Assembly (NCBI GenBank): GCA_963706575.1
Contig: CAVPNL010000006.1
Span: forward strand, 608,001 to 672,000
From: an uncultured delta proteobacterium
GTDB taxonomy: Bacteria; Desulfobacterota; Desulfobacteria; Desulfobacterales; JAHEIW01
Direction of reading: 5' to 3'
Length of the DNA stretch: 64,000 nt
Shown: one piece after another, positions 19,001 to 29,992 of the stretch
How the letters are laid out: each line of letters starts with the position of its first letter
Numbering within the stretch: position 1 is the stretch's first letter
Notes under the pieces: generated by a model
Database searches by the model: none
Seen by the model: only the letters and a program-made list of their open reading frames with translations
Told to the model about the DNA's origin: nothing
Made by a program: the position numbers and the translations under genes

Positions 19001-22000
19001 GTCGATGCACAAAGAAGTGCGCTGTAAGGAGTAATCTTCAAAGGGGGCATCACACCCGGAAGGATTAGCCACGCAGAACAATGGATCCACGGAAAGGTTC
19101 GTGGGCGGCAGGTCGATCTGATTTACGGTTCCGATATCATTTTCGATCAGATTGGTGGGTTCGAAATCTCCCTCCAGCGACACATCTGTAGACGGATCGA
19201 CACCCGTGCCATTTCCGTAGAGGATATTGTATTTGACCATCGGCAGGGCACCATCTTCGATCACGATGCCGGCATCAGCATTGGCAGTAATCGTGTTGCT
19301 TGCGATGGTAACGTCCGAAACCAATGCCACCCGAATCCCTTCGGGATTGCCGTAGATGAGGTTACCGCTGATGTTCGCCACGGCAGAGTCATCCAGGTAC
19401 ACACCGGTGCAGCCGTTGCTGTAAATGCGGCTGGTTTTAACAGCACCTGAACCGTTCATTATGTTCACGCCGCCATAGCCGCCCGTCGTTTGACCAGAGT
19501 TATTTCCTGTGATCGTGCAGCCGATTACCTCATTGCCGAATCCGGCAAAGAGGGCGATGCCGTTGCGGCCGTTATTCTGCACCGTTGTTCCGATAATCTG
19601 GTTGTCATCCGGTGTCTCGGCGCAGCCGTCCACGAGGATTCCGTCTCCAGAGTTGAGCTCTACTGTGCCATTGCGGACGATATTATTTGAGCTGCCGGCG
19701 GCAATTTCGATGCCGGTATCACAAGAACTGATCACTGTGTCGCCCAGATCGATATCCAGCATGTAGTTTCCACGTATATCGATGCCGGTACGGCAGTCCT
19801 GGATGAATGTTTGACCGGTGAAGCGAATGCAGGCCGCATCGGTAGCAAAACCTACTCCGACATCATATCTTCGAATTATAACGTTCTGAAGAATGATTTC
19901 TTCGGAACCTTCATCCAGCCACAGGCCGTAAGCTTCAGTTTTTGTCCATCGAGTGGAATGATATCAACTATAAGCTCGTTTTCTTTACCGGATATCTGGC
20001 CGAAATTCTGAAGCGTCCATCGGGCCTTCAATTGTATTGTTACTTCCATCCAGATTGAAGTTCACGTTATTACCGGAGACGCTTCCGCCCTGCAGGACAT
20101 TGTATGAACTGTCAGAGCCCATATAGACACCGGTATCAGATCCGGAAACCTGACACCATTCAGCTGGTTGCCCGACCCCGCTACAATGGCAATGCCATTA
20201 TTGGTATTATTGCTGACTAACCGTTCCGATGATTTGATTGTCGTCCGGCGCTTCAGGGTTCGGGATCATCGGCGCATCATTCAAATCGGATGCCGTCAGT
20301 ATTTTCCTGAACAGTTCCGTTCAAAACGGTATTGCTGGAACTGCCGGCCGTAAACAGAATACCGGCATCGCAGCCACTGATATGTTGATCCCGTTAGGTC
20401 GACATTGACCATGTAGTTTTCAAGAAATTCAATGCCGGCGCGGCAATTCTGGATGGCGGCACCTGAAACGGTTATACTGGCGCCATCCGTGGCAAAGCCG
20501 ATGCCCACATCAGTATCCTGAATCGAACCCCCACTGACCGTAAAGTCTTCCACGCCCATTTCGATTTTCAGGCCGTAAGCACCGGGACCGCTGATTGCAG
20601 GATTTACCAGTTGGTTGCCGGTTCCGCCGGAAACTTTCACGGCTTCCAGGGCAATATTCTGAATTGATTCCATTGCTGATAGTGTTATCAGAGCTTTCTG
20701 CTGCAAACTCCACGCCAGTCTGGCAATCCGAAATCATCGAATTCGCCAAATCGACTTTAAGCTGGTAAGCTTCCACCAATTGAAGGCCTGTCTGGCATGC
20801 GGAAATATTAACGCTATTGAAGGTGGCACAGCCGCCGTCCGAGTTAAACACCACGGCTTCATTGAAATTAACGATATTCAAGCCGTTGATGGTCACATCG
20901 GAGGATAGAGGTGAAAAAACGAATCCCTGCGTCCAGGACGATGCACCGACACCGTCCATGGTGACACCGGCGGCTTCAATGACCACATTCTGGCTGGTTA
21001 CCAGCGGCGTATCCGGCTCGGGATCTCCGATGCTGTATGCTCCTGCCGTAGATACGAATTGTGTAAGCCCCTTGTTCGAGCATATTGAGTCTGTCGAACG
21101 CTGCATGGATTGACTTTAACGGATAAGCCTCTGTTCCGAGATTCAAGTCACTGCCATCATTTTTATCTACATAAATTCCAGCAGCAAAAATCGGCATGCG
21201 GTCTGGGTAGTTTGAATCATCAACCGAGTCTGGAAGTCTCCGGCCTGCTACCTCCATCAGGTCGGACCAGATATCACCGTCATTGTCTGTATCAGGTCAT
21301 GGATTGGGTCCGTCATTCTCCTCCTGCGGTATGTCCCGCCAAACCCACCCTGGTTATCCAAATCCTCTTCCCGTCTGGGGTGCCATCGTCATCTGTATCG
21401 GGACCTTGGGGCTCAGGTAGTCGACCCCAAAGACGTGATTTCCCACCAATCGTGAGCGTATCTTGTCGTCGTCCTGATCACAGGCATCACCTCTATCCAT
21501 CGCCGTGTCAAAATCTTCTTGATCTATGCTACAAAAGCCATTCGTCGCTCCGCAAGAATCATTAGAGATCATCGTCTGCAGCCGAACAGGTCATATTGAT
21601 CTTGTCAACGGGGGTGCATGTACCAGCGCGAGGGACCGTTTGGTACTGTCAGGGCAGTTGTCACATTGATCAGCGATGCCGTCTGCGTCGGTGTCAAATC
21701 CTGCAATCACAGCAATGAAGGCATCTAAATCACTTCGTTTCTTCGTCCGCAAATCCGTAAGTAGAGCCTGCAATATAAATATTACTGTTTAAATCTAAAG
21801 AAATGCCGTAGCTTGCGTCGTCGTTTGTTCCGCCGAAGTATGTTGAATAAGCGACCTCATAACTTCCATTGTCCGGCACGAGTTTCGTTACAAAAGCATC
21901 ATATGCGCCGGCATAACTGGAATCTTCGATTAAAGGAAGATCCGGAGAGCCAGTTTCTCCCGTAATCAGAATATTGCCAACAGGATCAACAGCGATACCG

Positions 22001-23852
22001 TAAGCCTCATCATCTCCACTGCCTCCCAGATATGTTGAGTAATTTAGTAATGACCCGTCCGCATTGAGTTTGCTAACAAAGGTATCCCATCCACCGTTGT
22101 TAGAATTCTGGAATGCTAGTAATGATGTCGGAAAATCGCCTGATAAAGTTTGTCCAGCAATGTAAGCATTTCCATAACTGTCAGTGGCAATAGCATTACC
22201 AATATCTTCTCCGCTCCCGCCAAGGTAAGTGGAGTACTCGAGGTCTGAGGCGTGGGGTTTAGTTTTGCCACAAAGGCGTCTAAAGGCCCGCCGAGGACGG
22301 TATCAAGGGCACCCGTGGTGACACTGAAATTGGTAGAAGCGGTTTGCCCGGTCACGTAGGCGCATCCGTCTTGATCGATAGCGATGCCGCGGATTAAATC
22401 TTCACCGCTGCCCCCGAGAAATGTCGAATAATCTAGGTCGGTTCCAGTCGTATTAAACTTGGTCACGAAAGCATCGACATTGCCCGCGGAATTCGAGTAG
22501 GCGCCAGGGGTAACCGGAAAATTTGATGACTGCGTTTCTCCGGCCACATATGCATACCCATTAGCATCGACGGCGATGGCATGACCTATTTCAGGGCCGC
22601 CTCCTCCCAGATAGGTGGAATAGATCAAGCCTGTTCCTTCTGAATCGATCTTGGCGACAAATAGATCGGAGTTTCCTCCGATTTTTGCGTCATAAGGTTT
22701 TGCCGGCGCTGTGGGAAATTTCTTCGAGCCGGTTTCCCCGGTCACGTAAGCATTTCCTTGGCTGTCAACCGCTATCGCATAAATGGCGTCGTCCAATTCA
22801 CCGCCTAAATAGGTTGACCATGCAATTTCGCCATCGGAATTTAACTTTGTAATGAACCCGTCGTAGTTACCCGCATTTGATTCATAAACACCTTCCGGTG
22901 TTGGGAGAAAGTTGGTCGACAATGTAAATCCCCCAACATATGCATTGCCTGATCCATCAACGGCCACCGCAAAAGCGCTATCTTCGTCTTCACCGCCCAG
23001 ATATGTCGAAAAGCTGAGACAAGGGTCGATGATGAGCGGCAGGGCGGGGTCATGACCGGCCACGTTAAAACCGTACGTCTCTTCTTCGAGCTTGTAGGCC
23101 ACCCGGACGAATTGTTTCTTGCCGTTTTTTTCCTGATAGGCGCGCGGTTCGCTGAAGCGAATCGCGCCGCGCGGCAATTCAATTTCGAGCTCACCGTTGC
23201 CATTAATTCGCAGGGTATCGGCGCCTTCGATTTTGAGCCTTATCATGCTGATATCGGCGCCCGGCTGAAGGGTAAAGATCTTTTCGACATTGTCCCCGTA
23301 GGCCTTGAGGGACAAATCGATTCCCGTATAAATTTCTCCCAGGCTGACCGTATTGTAGGTCGAGATTCCCGTTTTCCAATTGTTTCGATCATTACCGGTA
23401 AAGTAATTGATTTTTGCCCGGGCCCGGTCGGCTCCCTGGAGGTCTACTTTAGATACGCCAATGAGCTGCTCCCGAATGGACAGGATCTGCATGCGTTTCT
23501 TGACCATTGAATGCCGCCCGACCTTTTCTTTGGAATCCGGGATAGAAAAGGTGTAGACCAAATCGCCGCCCGCCGTGACGTAGAATTTCCCACTAAAGGT
23601 CTGGGCATAGAAGCGAACCTGTTTGCCTATTTGCCCCTCATTGGAAATGAATGGTATCTGCAGCTTAAGCGCTTCTTGAGCAATCGATGCTTTGTCAACG
23701 GGGCTTGCTTTATCACATGTAGTTGATTGAAGGGCTGCGAACGAATTTGTGGCTAAAATTAGGGATAGGCATAGGAAAGAAATAAACAGAGTTTTTGGCA
23801 GGTGGGTATTAAGTGATTTAAATAAAGAAAAGGAATGGTTTGCCGAGCTCAT
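16096..23852 (-). CDS. Giant secreted protein (~2580 aa if intact): SBBP beta-propeller repeats, TSP3-like Ca-binding repeats, DUF1565/right-handed beta-helix, Ig-like domain, C-terminal zinc metalloprotease; many frameshifts
   Basis: ATG 23852 with AGGAG RBS and signal peptide; repeated YSTYLGG...AIAVD..GNAYV.G; DADGIADQCDNCP; IYVDKNDGSD..GT..YPLKSI; beta-helix repeats; DGDGLPNWWE / LQEYxxGxNP; HEMAHALAGPSH; stop TAG 16096-16098. Confidence 0.75.
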
Positions 23853-24754
23853 TTGCCCCCCTCTCCTGAAATGATCTCTTCTCAATTAGCCCATTCAATG
23901 AAGGCGTGAACGCGTTCTGAATGGATCAAAAAATTTAAAAACCGAATCAGCTGTGTCGTTTTAATATTTCAAGGACGCTAATAAAAATCGAAGTGTAATT
24001 TAATCCTTATTGCTAAGCCCGTCTTCAATCGATCGACGGGATGTTGTTTTCCGGCACATCTAAATAATGAGGGCAAATAAATTAATGAATAAAATTAATA
24101 AGGATGCAACGGTATAAAGGATGATGCGGTATATATAATACCGAACTAGGAAAATGAGCTATTAAAATCGCCTCTTTTTGTTTAGCAATTTCCCCTCATC
24201 CTGTTATTGCCGATTAAGGATGAGGCAGATTCATCCAAAGGTTTGCTTAAATCGGGAACCTACAATAGTTCCCTTCAGGGGTTCTTCTTTGCCTTATAAA
24301 AAAGGATGCTTTTGAATCGCTGATTCTGATTCAGCATTAAAGCAAAAAAATATAGTGTCGGCGGGCACTTTCTATCGGCTGGACAAGTGTTGATTATTAT
24401 TATCAGAAACAGGATTCAATACAAGCCCAGAATTTTACGGGCAAAATACCTGGTAAAAACCCGTATTCTTTCAATGCGCTAATTAATACTAAAACCGATG
24501 TATCTAATTGTTATTTATAAAATTAATTTTAATTCGTTTAACGTTGAAAGCGCGACAATAGCGCATCAGGAATAGGGTGGAGTTAGCTTTATACAACTTC
24601 CGAGCTTTTAGTTAAAACCAACTTCGATTCAGCGGGGATCGTATATTACGAAAGATTCGATTTCTGCCTTTCGAACACAGGCATTGGTGCTATTCAAGTT
24701 AAATTTTCTAAAGTACATTATGCTGACCATGTGGTAAAAAAGGATACGGCAGAA

Positions 24755-25105
24755 TCAGGACATCACCTCCAGGGCATTTTCCACGGTTTCATGGATATCG
24801 GCAAACCGGGTGATCCCCACCATGCCAAATATTTTTTTAAAGTGACTCGAAACACCGGTAATCGCGATGTGCTGGTTGTTGCGTTTGCTCTGCGCCAGAA
24901 TCTGAATCAGGGCTGCAATTCCGCCGCTGTTGATGTAGGCCTCTTCGTCGATTTTCAGCAGGATCTTGTCCACGCCTTGAGTGCTGGCGTTCTGGTAGGC
25001 TTCGCTCAGGAACGGCTCGGAAAAAGACGTCAGGTCACCATGAATGTTAAACAGGGTGATCTCCCCGTGCTGTTCAAGATTGATTTCGTTGCTGTGCTGC
25101 TGCAT
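24755..25105 (-). CDS. STAS anti-sigma factor antagonist (RsbV/SpoIIAA-like), copy A
   Basis: 116 aa STAS; YINSGGIA with phosphorylatable Ser; HFKKIFGMVGI. Confidence 0.9.
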   Translation of the reverse strand: MQQHSNEINLEQHGEITLFNIHGDLTSFSEPFLSEAYQNASTQGVDKILLKIDEEAYINSGGIAALIQILAQSKRNNQHIAITGVSSHFKKIFGMVGITRFADIHETVENALEVMS

Positions 25106-25125
25106 GCGGTCCCCTTAAGGGGTAA

Positions 25126-25587
25126 TTACGAATTCATCTTGATGGCCATCTTGACCACGTGGCCGCCGTTGGCCCCTTCATTGAATTCGACCTGATCGGC
25201 AAGCTGTTTGATCAAAAACAAACCAAATCCAATCGGTGATTCCAAATCCTCGATGATCTTTTCGATGTCGGGTTTGGGCGGGTGCTCCTTGATGCCGTTG
25301 CCCTCGTCCGTCACTATGACATTGAGGGTATCGTCCTGGCAATTCAGCGAAACGGTCACCCGCGCATCCGGGCGCCCCTTGTTGCCGTGCTCCATGGCAT
25401 TGATGGCCGCCTCGGACACCATCGTCTTTAAGTCTTCGATGCGCTCGGCCGACAGACCCATCATCTTGGCATAAGAGGCCGAACACGCCATGGCTACCCG
25501 CTCGTAGCCCAATTGATTTAACAGGCTGACTTCTATGTTTCTATCGCTCAAATCCTTAACTTTCTCCTCTAAATCCGGTCTAGGCAA
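25126..25587 (-). CDS. Anti-sigma factor / Ser kinase (RsbW-like), copy A; true start probably TTG at 25551
   Basis: N-box SEAAINAMEHGN, G1 TDEGNG, G2 GFGLFLIKQLAD. Confidence 0.9.
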   Translation of the reverse strand: MPRPDLEEKVKDLSDRNIEVSLLNQLGYERVAMACSASYAKMMGLSAERIEDLKTMVSEAAINAMEHGNKGRPDARVTVSLNCQDDTLNVIVTDEGNGIKEHPPKPDIEKIIEDLESPIGFGLFLIKQLADQVEFNEGANGGHVVKMAIKMNS

Positions 25588-25637
25588 TTCGTTTCGGGTA
25601 TTCAGCGTGTCGTCTAAAATCGATCGACAGCAAAGAT

Positions 25638-25666
25638 ATAATAAAGAAGTGCATGAAGCGTGTCAA
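25638..25666 (-). promoter_or_regulatory. Sigma70-like promoter for RsbW/STAS copy A
   Basis: Minus strand TTGACA-17 bp-TATTAT. Confidence 0.65.
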
Positions 25667-25934
25667 TAAAATTGTTGCCCTAACCTTTTTCTTGTATTCC
25701 GGCAAGATGCTGTTCTCACTATTTATATTGAAATATAGGTCCAGGGCTCCCGGCGCATAAAAAAGGGGAACGGGGTTGATTTGTTGCGTTCCGGGGACAG
25801 GCTATGCGCGGTAATGACATGCGCGCGGACCGGCCTCTGCTTGCCGCGCCGCAGTCAAGCTTTAAGCGTGACGAAAGGGGCTGCCGGCCAGGAGAAGGCG
25901 GCTATAGTGGAACGCTTGTAATACCGATCGCGGC

Positions 25935-26035
25935 AAGATGCCGCTCCCACCTGACACCTGCCTGTCCGCCGAAGCCTTACGGGCGAAGGCGGAACACCTG
26001 CTTGTCCTCCGTAGCCTATTAGGCGAAGGAGGGAA
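25935..26035. repeat. REP-like GC-rich hairpin repeats
   Basis: ccgccgaagccttacgggcgaaggcgg and cctccgtagcctattaggcgaaggagg; related units near 2285, 4070 and 54405. Confidence 0.6.
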
Positions 26036-26053
26036 ACCTTTAATGAGCGCGCT

Positions 26054-27364
26054 CTATTCTTTAAGCGCGAATATTTCTACTTCTTCCGTCAAATTCTTAA
26101 GGGCGAATTGGCCCAGCTTCTCGAAGGAAAACTGATCTTTGACGCGCTCCATTGTTGATTTTGAAGCCAGCACCGCCCCGCCAGTGGCCTTGCCGCAGAT
26201 CCGGGCGGCAATATTGATGGTGTTGCCGTGAGAAGTGTAGGCCCAGCGCGAGCCGGTGTAGCTTTCGAATTTGGCCGCGCCCACAAATGCCTGCCCCGAG
26301 CAAATCCCGATGTTAATTAAGAGGGGAACCTGGGGCGCGGAGTCGAGGCCGCAATCATCGTTAATCAGGCAGGCCTTTTCCCGGATGGTCTGGGCGGCCC
26401 GCATCGCTTCAAGGGCGTGGACGGTATCGTCTTCGGTCAAAAAAAGAACCATCAGGCCATCGCCCGCGGTTTCAACCACATCTCCGTTGTTTTCAAAAAT
26501 GGCATCCATAAAGACCGAAAAATATTTTTCGACCAGGGCGTTGACTTCAGTGGCGCCGACGTTTTCCGTGATTTTGGTATATCCTTCGATGTCCAGAAAC
26601 AGAACCGTGACATCGCGCTCTTTGGCCTCCTGGATGTCGGCGCTGGGAGATGTTTCGATCATGCGGGTAACCGTATTGGGCACAAATTTACACAGATCAG
26701 CCTTGATGCCTTCTAAAATTTCAACCTTGCGCATGGCGGCCTTGAGCTCTTTGAGCGCTTTTTTAAGCTCAACGTTTTTGGCCTCAAGGTTACGGTTGAG
26801 TTTTTTAATCTCTTCAAACGAGCGCGCGTTTTTAAGCGCCACGATCAGGTTGTTCACCAGGGTGTCGAGCAGTTCCGCATCGTTTTCATTATACGGTTCA
26901 CCGATCAGCTTGGCCCCCAGCCCGAAGATTCCCGGCGAATCCGCCCCGACCGAAAAGCCCTGGATAAAATCCAGTGACGGCGGTAAAAAATCCTGCAGCA
27001 GCGGCTTTGCGGATTTATCAATTGATTCCGCAAAGGCATTATTTTTCAGGAGCTGCTCGATGCCGCTTTTTAAGACGGCCACCTCGTCGTCTTCAAGGCC
27101 GACCTCGACAAAGTGCCGGATGCCTCTGTCGGGCGAGTTGATGCCCAGAATGAATCCCTGGGTGACCCCGAAGTTGCCCATGGCCATGAGCAGAAAGCTT
27201 CTTAGAATTTTTTCGGATTCAACACTGCTGAAAATATCTTTGCTGACGTCATAAAGGGTCTTTAAGTAAAAGACGCGCCGGTCCAATTCGGTTTGAACGT
27301 GCTCTGCCTGCTGTAAAGCATCCTGGAGCCGTTTTACCTCTGCCTGATGATCGATTTTATCCAT
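26054..27364 (-). CDS. GAF-like domain + coiled coil + class III nucleotidyl (adenylate/guanylate) cyclase
   Basis: VTVLFLDIEG, VETAGDGLM, IGICSG, GNTINIAARI catalytic motifs. Confidence 0.9.
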   Translation of the reverse strand: MDKIDHQAEVKRLQDALQQAEHVQTELDRRVFYLKTLYDVSKDIFSSVESEKILRSFLLMAMGNFGVTQGFILGINSPDRGIRHFVEVGLEDDEVAVLKSGIEQLLKNNAFAESIDKSAKPLLQDFLPPSLDFIQGFSVGADSPGIFGLGAKLIGEPYNENDAELLDTLVNNLIVALKNARSFEEIKKLNRNLEAKNVELKKALKELKAAMRKVEILEGIKADLCKFVPNTVTRMIETSPSADIQEAKERDVTVLFLDIEGYTKITENVGATEVNALVEKYFSVFMDAIFENNGDVVETAGDGLMVLFLTEDDTVHALEAMRAAQTIREKACLINDDCGLDSAPQVPLLINIGICSGQAFVGAAKFESYTGSRWAYTSHGNTINIAARICGKATGGAVLASKSTMERVKDQFSFEKLGQFALKNLTEEVEIFALKE

Positions 27365-27369
27365 AAGCC

Positions 27370-27834
27370 TTAAAAAGTTACCGAGCGGACGAGGTTCATG
27401 AAGTGAAGTTTGATTTCCTTGCGGGATTCCTTAAGACGTTCAAGCAGTTTCTGGGCAAGGTTGTTCATCATGACGCAGACCAGGCCGGGGTCTTCCTGCT
27501 TTAGTTTTTCTAAATCTTCGCGTTTGAAGACCAGCAAATTGCTGTCCCGGGCCGCGCGGGCGGAGAGGCTGTAACGAAAAGGGGAGACCAGGGCGCTGAT
27601 GCCAAAGCAACCGTTTTTGGCTCTGACCATGGCGATGGGAATTTCGATTTTCTCGTCCACAAGGGTCAGAAGCTCGATGGCACCCTCCTTGATGAGGTAG
27701 AAATGCCGGGCTTCCTCATCCTCGCGAAAAAGCCACTTCCCTTCTTGAATCTTTTGCTCCCGGGAAATTGCAAGAACGCGTTGAAGCTGAGTTTCGGAAA
27801 GGCGATCAAATAGGTAACACGAAGAAAGCGGCAT
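27370..27834 (-). CDS. Stand-alone cyclic nucleotide-binding domain protein (no HTH)
   Basis: LFREDEEARHFYLIKEGAIEL...CFGISALV..RYSLSARA cNMP fold; start at 27834 has a GGGAG RBS. Confidence 0.85.
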   Translation of the reverse strand: MPLSSCYLFDRLSETQLQRVLAISREQKIQEGKWLFREDEEARHFYLIKEGAIELLTLVDEKIEIPIAMVRAKNGCFGISALVSPFRYSLSARAARDSNLLVFKREDLEKLKQEDPGLVCVMMNNLAQKLLERLKESRKEIKLHFMNLVRSVTF

Positions 27835-27965
27835 TGTTATTCTCCCAAGTAAGCTTCTGCCGGGCTTGGCGCAATGATCTCCCTGACTAGCAGCCACGGC
27901 GATCTGGAATCTAGCGGTTCAACCCCGGTCCCCGGAATGGCCGCCAAGATGCTACCGATTGCGGC

Positions 27966-28313
27966 TTAAGCCATCTGTTGCAGCGCATCTTCTAAAGAAT
28001 CGTAAATCTGGGCAAACTTGGTGATGCCCACCATATGGAAGATCTTCTTAAAATGTTCAGAGATGCCGGTGATTCCAATCACCTGATCGTTTTTGCGGGT
28101 CTGGGCCAGAACCTGGATGAGTACGGCAATACCGCCGCTGTTAATATACGCATTGCTGTCGAATTTCAGCAGGATTTTGCCGGCTCCCTGGCTGCTCGCA
28201 TTCCGGTAGGCATCATTAAGGAAGGGTTCAGAAAAGGCGGTAACATCGCCCTGGATGTCCATAATCGTGACCGCATCGCGGGTTTCAAGCTTTATTTCGT
28301 TAACTTCCTGCAT
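27966..28313 (-). CDS. STAS anti-sigma factor antagonist, copy B
   Basis: YINSGGIA motif; near-colinear with copy A. Confidence 0.9.
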   Translation of the reverse strand: MQEVNEIKLETRDAVTIMDIQGDVTAFSEPFLNDAYRNASSQGAGKILLKFDSNAYINSGGIAVLIQVLAQTRKNDQVIGITGISEHFKKIFHMVGITKFAQIYDSLEDALQQMA

Positions 28314-28327
28314 CTTCCGACCTTATG

Positions 28328-28759
28328 TTAAAGTTTGATGGTCATTCGTACAAAATTAGCGCCATCGGCGGTTTTATCGATTTCGACTTGATCGGCCAGC
28401 TGCCGGATTAAAAACGTGCCGAATCCGACCGGCGGGTCCTCTTCGTTGACGATGCGCTCAATATTCGGATCGGGAAGAAACCCCTTAAATCCTTCTCCCT
28501 GGTCCATCACGGTAACCTGGATGGCGTTATCCTTAACCATCATCGAAACCTTGACCCGGGCATCCGGCCGTTCTTTGTTGCCGTGTTGCATGGCATTGAT
28601 GGCCGCCTCGGCGACAATGGTTTTTAAGTCCTCGATGCGCTCAGGGGCAAGGCCAAGCATTTTGGCATAGCTCTCCGCAGACGCCATGGCAATGCGTTCG
28701 TAACCCACCTGACTGGGCAAATTGATTTCAATGTGTTGCTTGTTTGATGGGGGGGGCAT
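28328..28759 (-). CDS. Anti-sigma factor / Ser kinase (RsbW-like), copy B
   Basis: AEAAINAMQHGN, MDQGEG, GFGTFLIRQLAD. Confidence 0.9.
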   Translation of the reverse strand: MPPPSNKQHIEINLPSQVGYERIAMASAESYAKMLGLAPERIEDLKTIVAEAAINAMQHGNKERPDARVKVSMMVKDNAIQVTVMDQGEGFKGFLPDPNIERIVNEEDPPVGFGTFLIRQLADQVEIDKTADGANFVRMTIKL

Positions 28760-28842
28760 TATTCTGAGATTCTCTTATCCAATCTGTTGTCGTGAACAAA
28801 AGGGACCAAGAATTACTTCATAAGGTTCATCAAGGCGATGTC

Positions 28843-28871
28843 ATCTTAAGAGAGCGATCAAGATCTGTCAA
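28843..28871 (-). promoter_or_regulatory. Sigma70-like promoter for the RsbW-B/STAS-B/cNMP/cyclase genes
   Basis: Minus strand TTGACA-17 bp-TAAGAT. Confidence 0.65.
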
Positions 28872-28885
28872 TATAAAAATCGGGT

Positions 28886-29992
28886 TCAATTGAATTGCGA
28901 AATCCTTTCTATCCAGCGCTTAAATAAAACATCCTGAATCGAATAAAGTTTGTTTTTTGAAACCAGCTCTTTCTTGAAAAGCAATTCTAATGCTTTTGAC
29001 ATCTGCGAAGCAGATCTGAACCCCAACCTGGCCAGATTATCCGCAGAGTAAATATTCTTCCCGCCGGCTGCCGCAATTAATTTCAACGCTTTTCTCTGGT
29101 TCAGTGTCAGAGATTCCCATATATTGATGAATTCCGCTTCCCTGTTTTTCAGAATCTTTGATTCTACCCGATCAATATCTTCAATCGAAATATCCGGGGC
29201 ATCCCATAAATTAAAAAAGAACTCCTGGATGTACATGGGGTGGTTTTCACAGCGGGATACCACATTTTCGATATATCTTTTGTTAATGTTGCGCTTGTCC
29301 TTTTTATAAAGCCTTTTGATCCATTTGACATAGTCTTCCGTATTGATTTTTTTTAAGGAATAACTGGTTGCCAATTTATAAAAAGCCCGTTTCGAATCTG
29401 CGAACATTTCGGCCAGCAGATGTTTCTGACTCCCGGCAAAAATGTATGAAATATGGTTGTGCCGCTGGATAGATTTCCGCAGATGTTTTTCAAAGGCCGC
29501 CTCACCGTATTTTGAAATTTCCTGAAACTCGTCAAAAGCAACGGCAAGCTTTTTCTTTTGCGAAAGAGATTGGAGTAAGGCAAAAATCTCGTCTATCGCC
29601 GGTCTTTTATCAACGGGTGCAAAGACCGGAATCGCCACAGGAGCGCCGGTGTAAATATCGATGCTAAAATTCATTGTTAAACTGCTGATTCCTTCTTTAA
29701 TTATTTTCATCAGCTTATCCATTTTAGATTCTATCTGGCTTATCCCTTTGAGCAGTGCTGTAATAAAATCTTCGATGCTGGTGGTTCCGTACAAATCGAT
29801 ATAAATGGTTACCATACCGTTGATATCCTTAAAGACCCGATTAATGAGGGATGTCTTCCCGAAACGGCGATGAGAATAAAGCAAGACGTTTTGAGAATTT
29901 TCAATAAATTTGATTAAATCAGTTTGCTCTTTCTCCCGGTTACAAAATGCAGGATCTTCCACGATGCCGGAAAAGGAAAATGGATTTTTCAT
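28886..29992 (-). CDS. AAA/archaeal-type ATPase domain protein with C-terminal wHTH-like region
   Basis: FCNREKE, Walker A SHRRFGKTS, Walker B AFDEFQ, AGSQ, HPMYIQ. Confidence 0.8.
   Translation of the reverse strand: MKNPFSFSGIVEDPAFCNREKEQTDLIKFIENSQNVLLYSHRRFGKTSLINRVFKDINGMVTIYIDLYGTTSIEDFITALLKGISQIESKMDKLMKIIKEGISSLTMNFSIDIYTGAPVAIPVFAPVDKRPAIDEIFALLQSLSQKKKLAVAFDEFQEISKYGEAAFEKHLRKSIQRHNHISYIFAGSQKHLLAEMFADSKRAFYKLATSYSLKKINTEDYVKWIKRLYKKDKRNINKRYIENVVSRCENHPMYIQEFFFNLWDAPDISIEDIDRVESKILKNREAEFINIWESLTLNQRKALKLIAAAGGKNIYSADNLARLGFRSASQMSKALELLFKKELVSKNKLYSIQDVLFKRWIERISQFN

Noticed and set aside
24181..24345. c-di-GMP/cGAMP (GEMM) or c-di-AMP riboswitch before the giant gene
   Set aside because: Hairpins exist, but I could not find the GGCAAAC...GAAA...GACGCAAAG core or the ydaO pattern on either strand.
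26271..27254. 327 aa plus-strand ORF
   Set aside because: Antisense shadow of the cyclase gene; Ser-rich with no motifs. The same applies to most short overlapping ORFs in the track.
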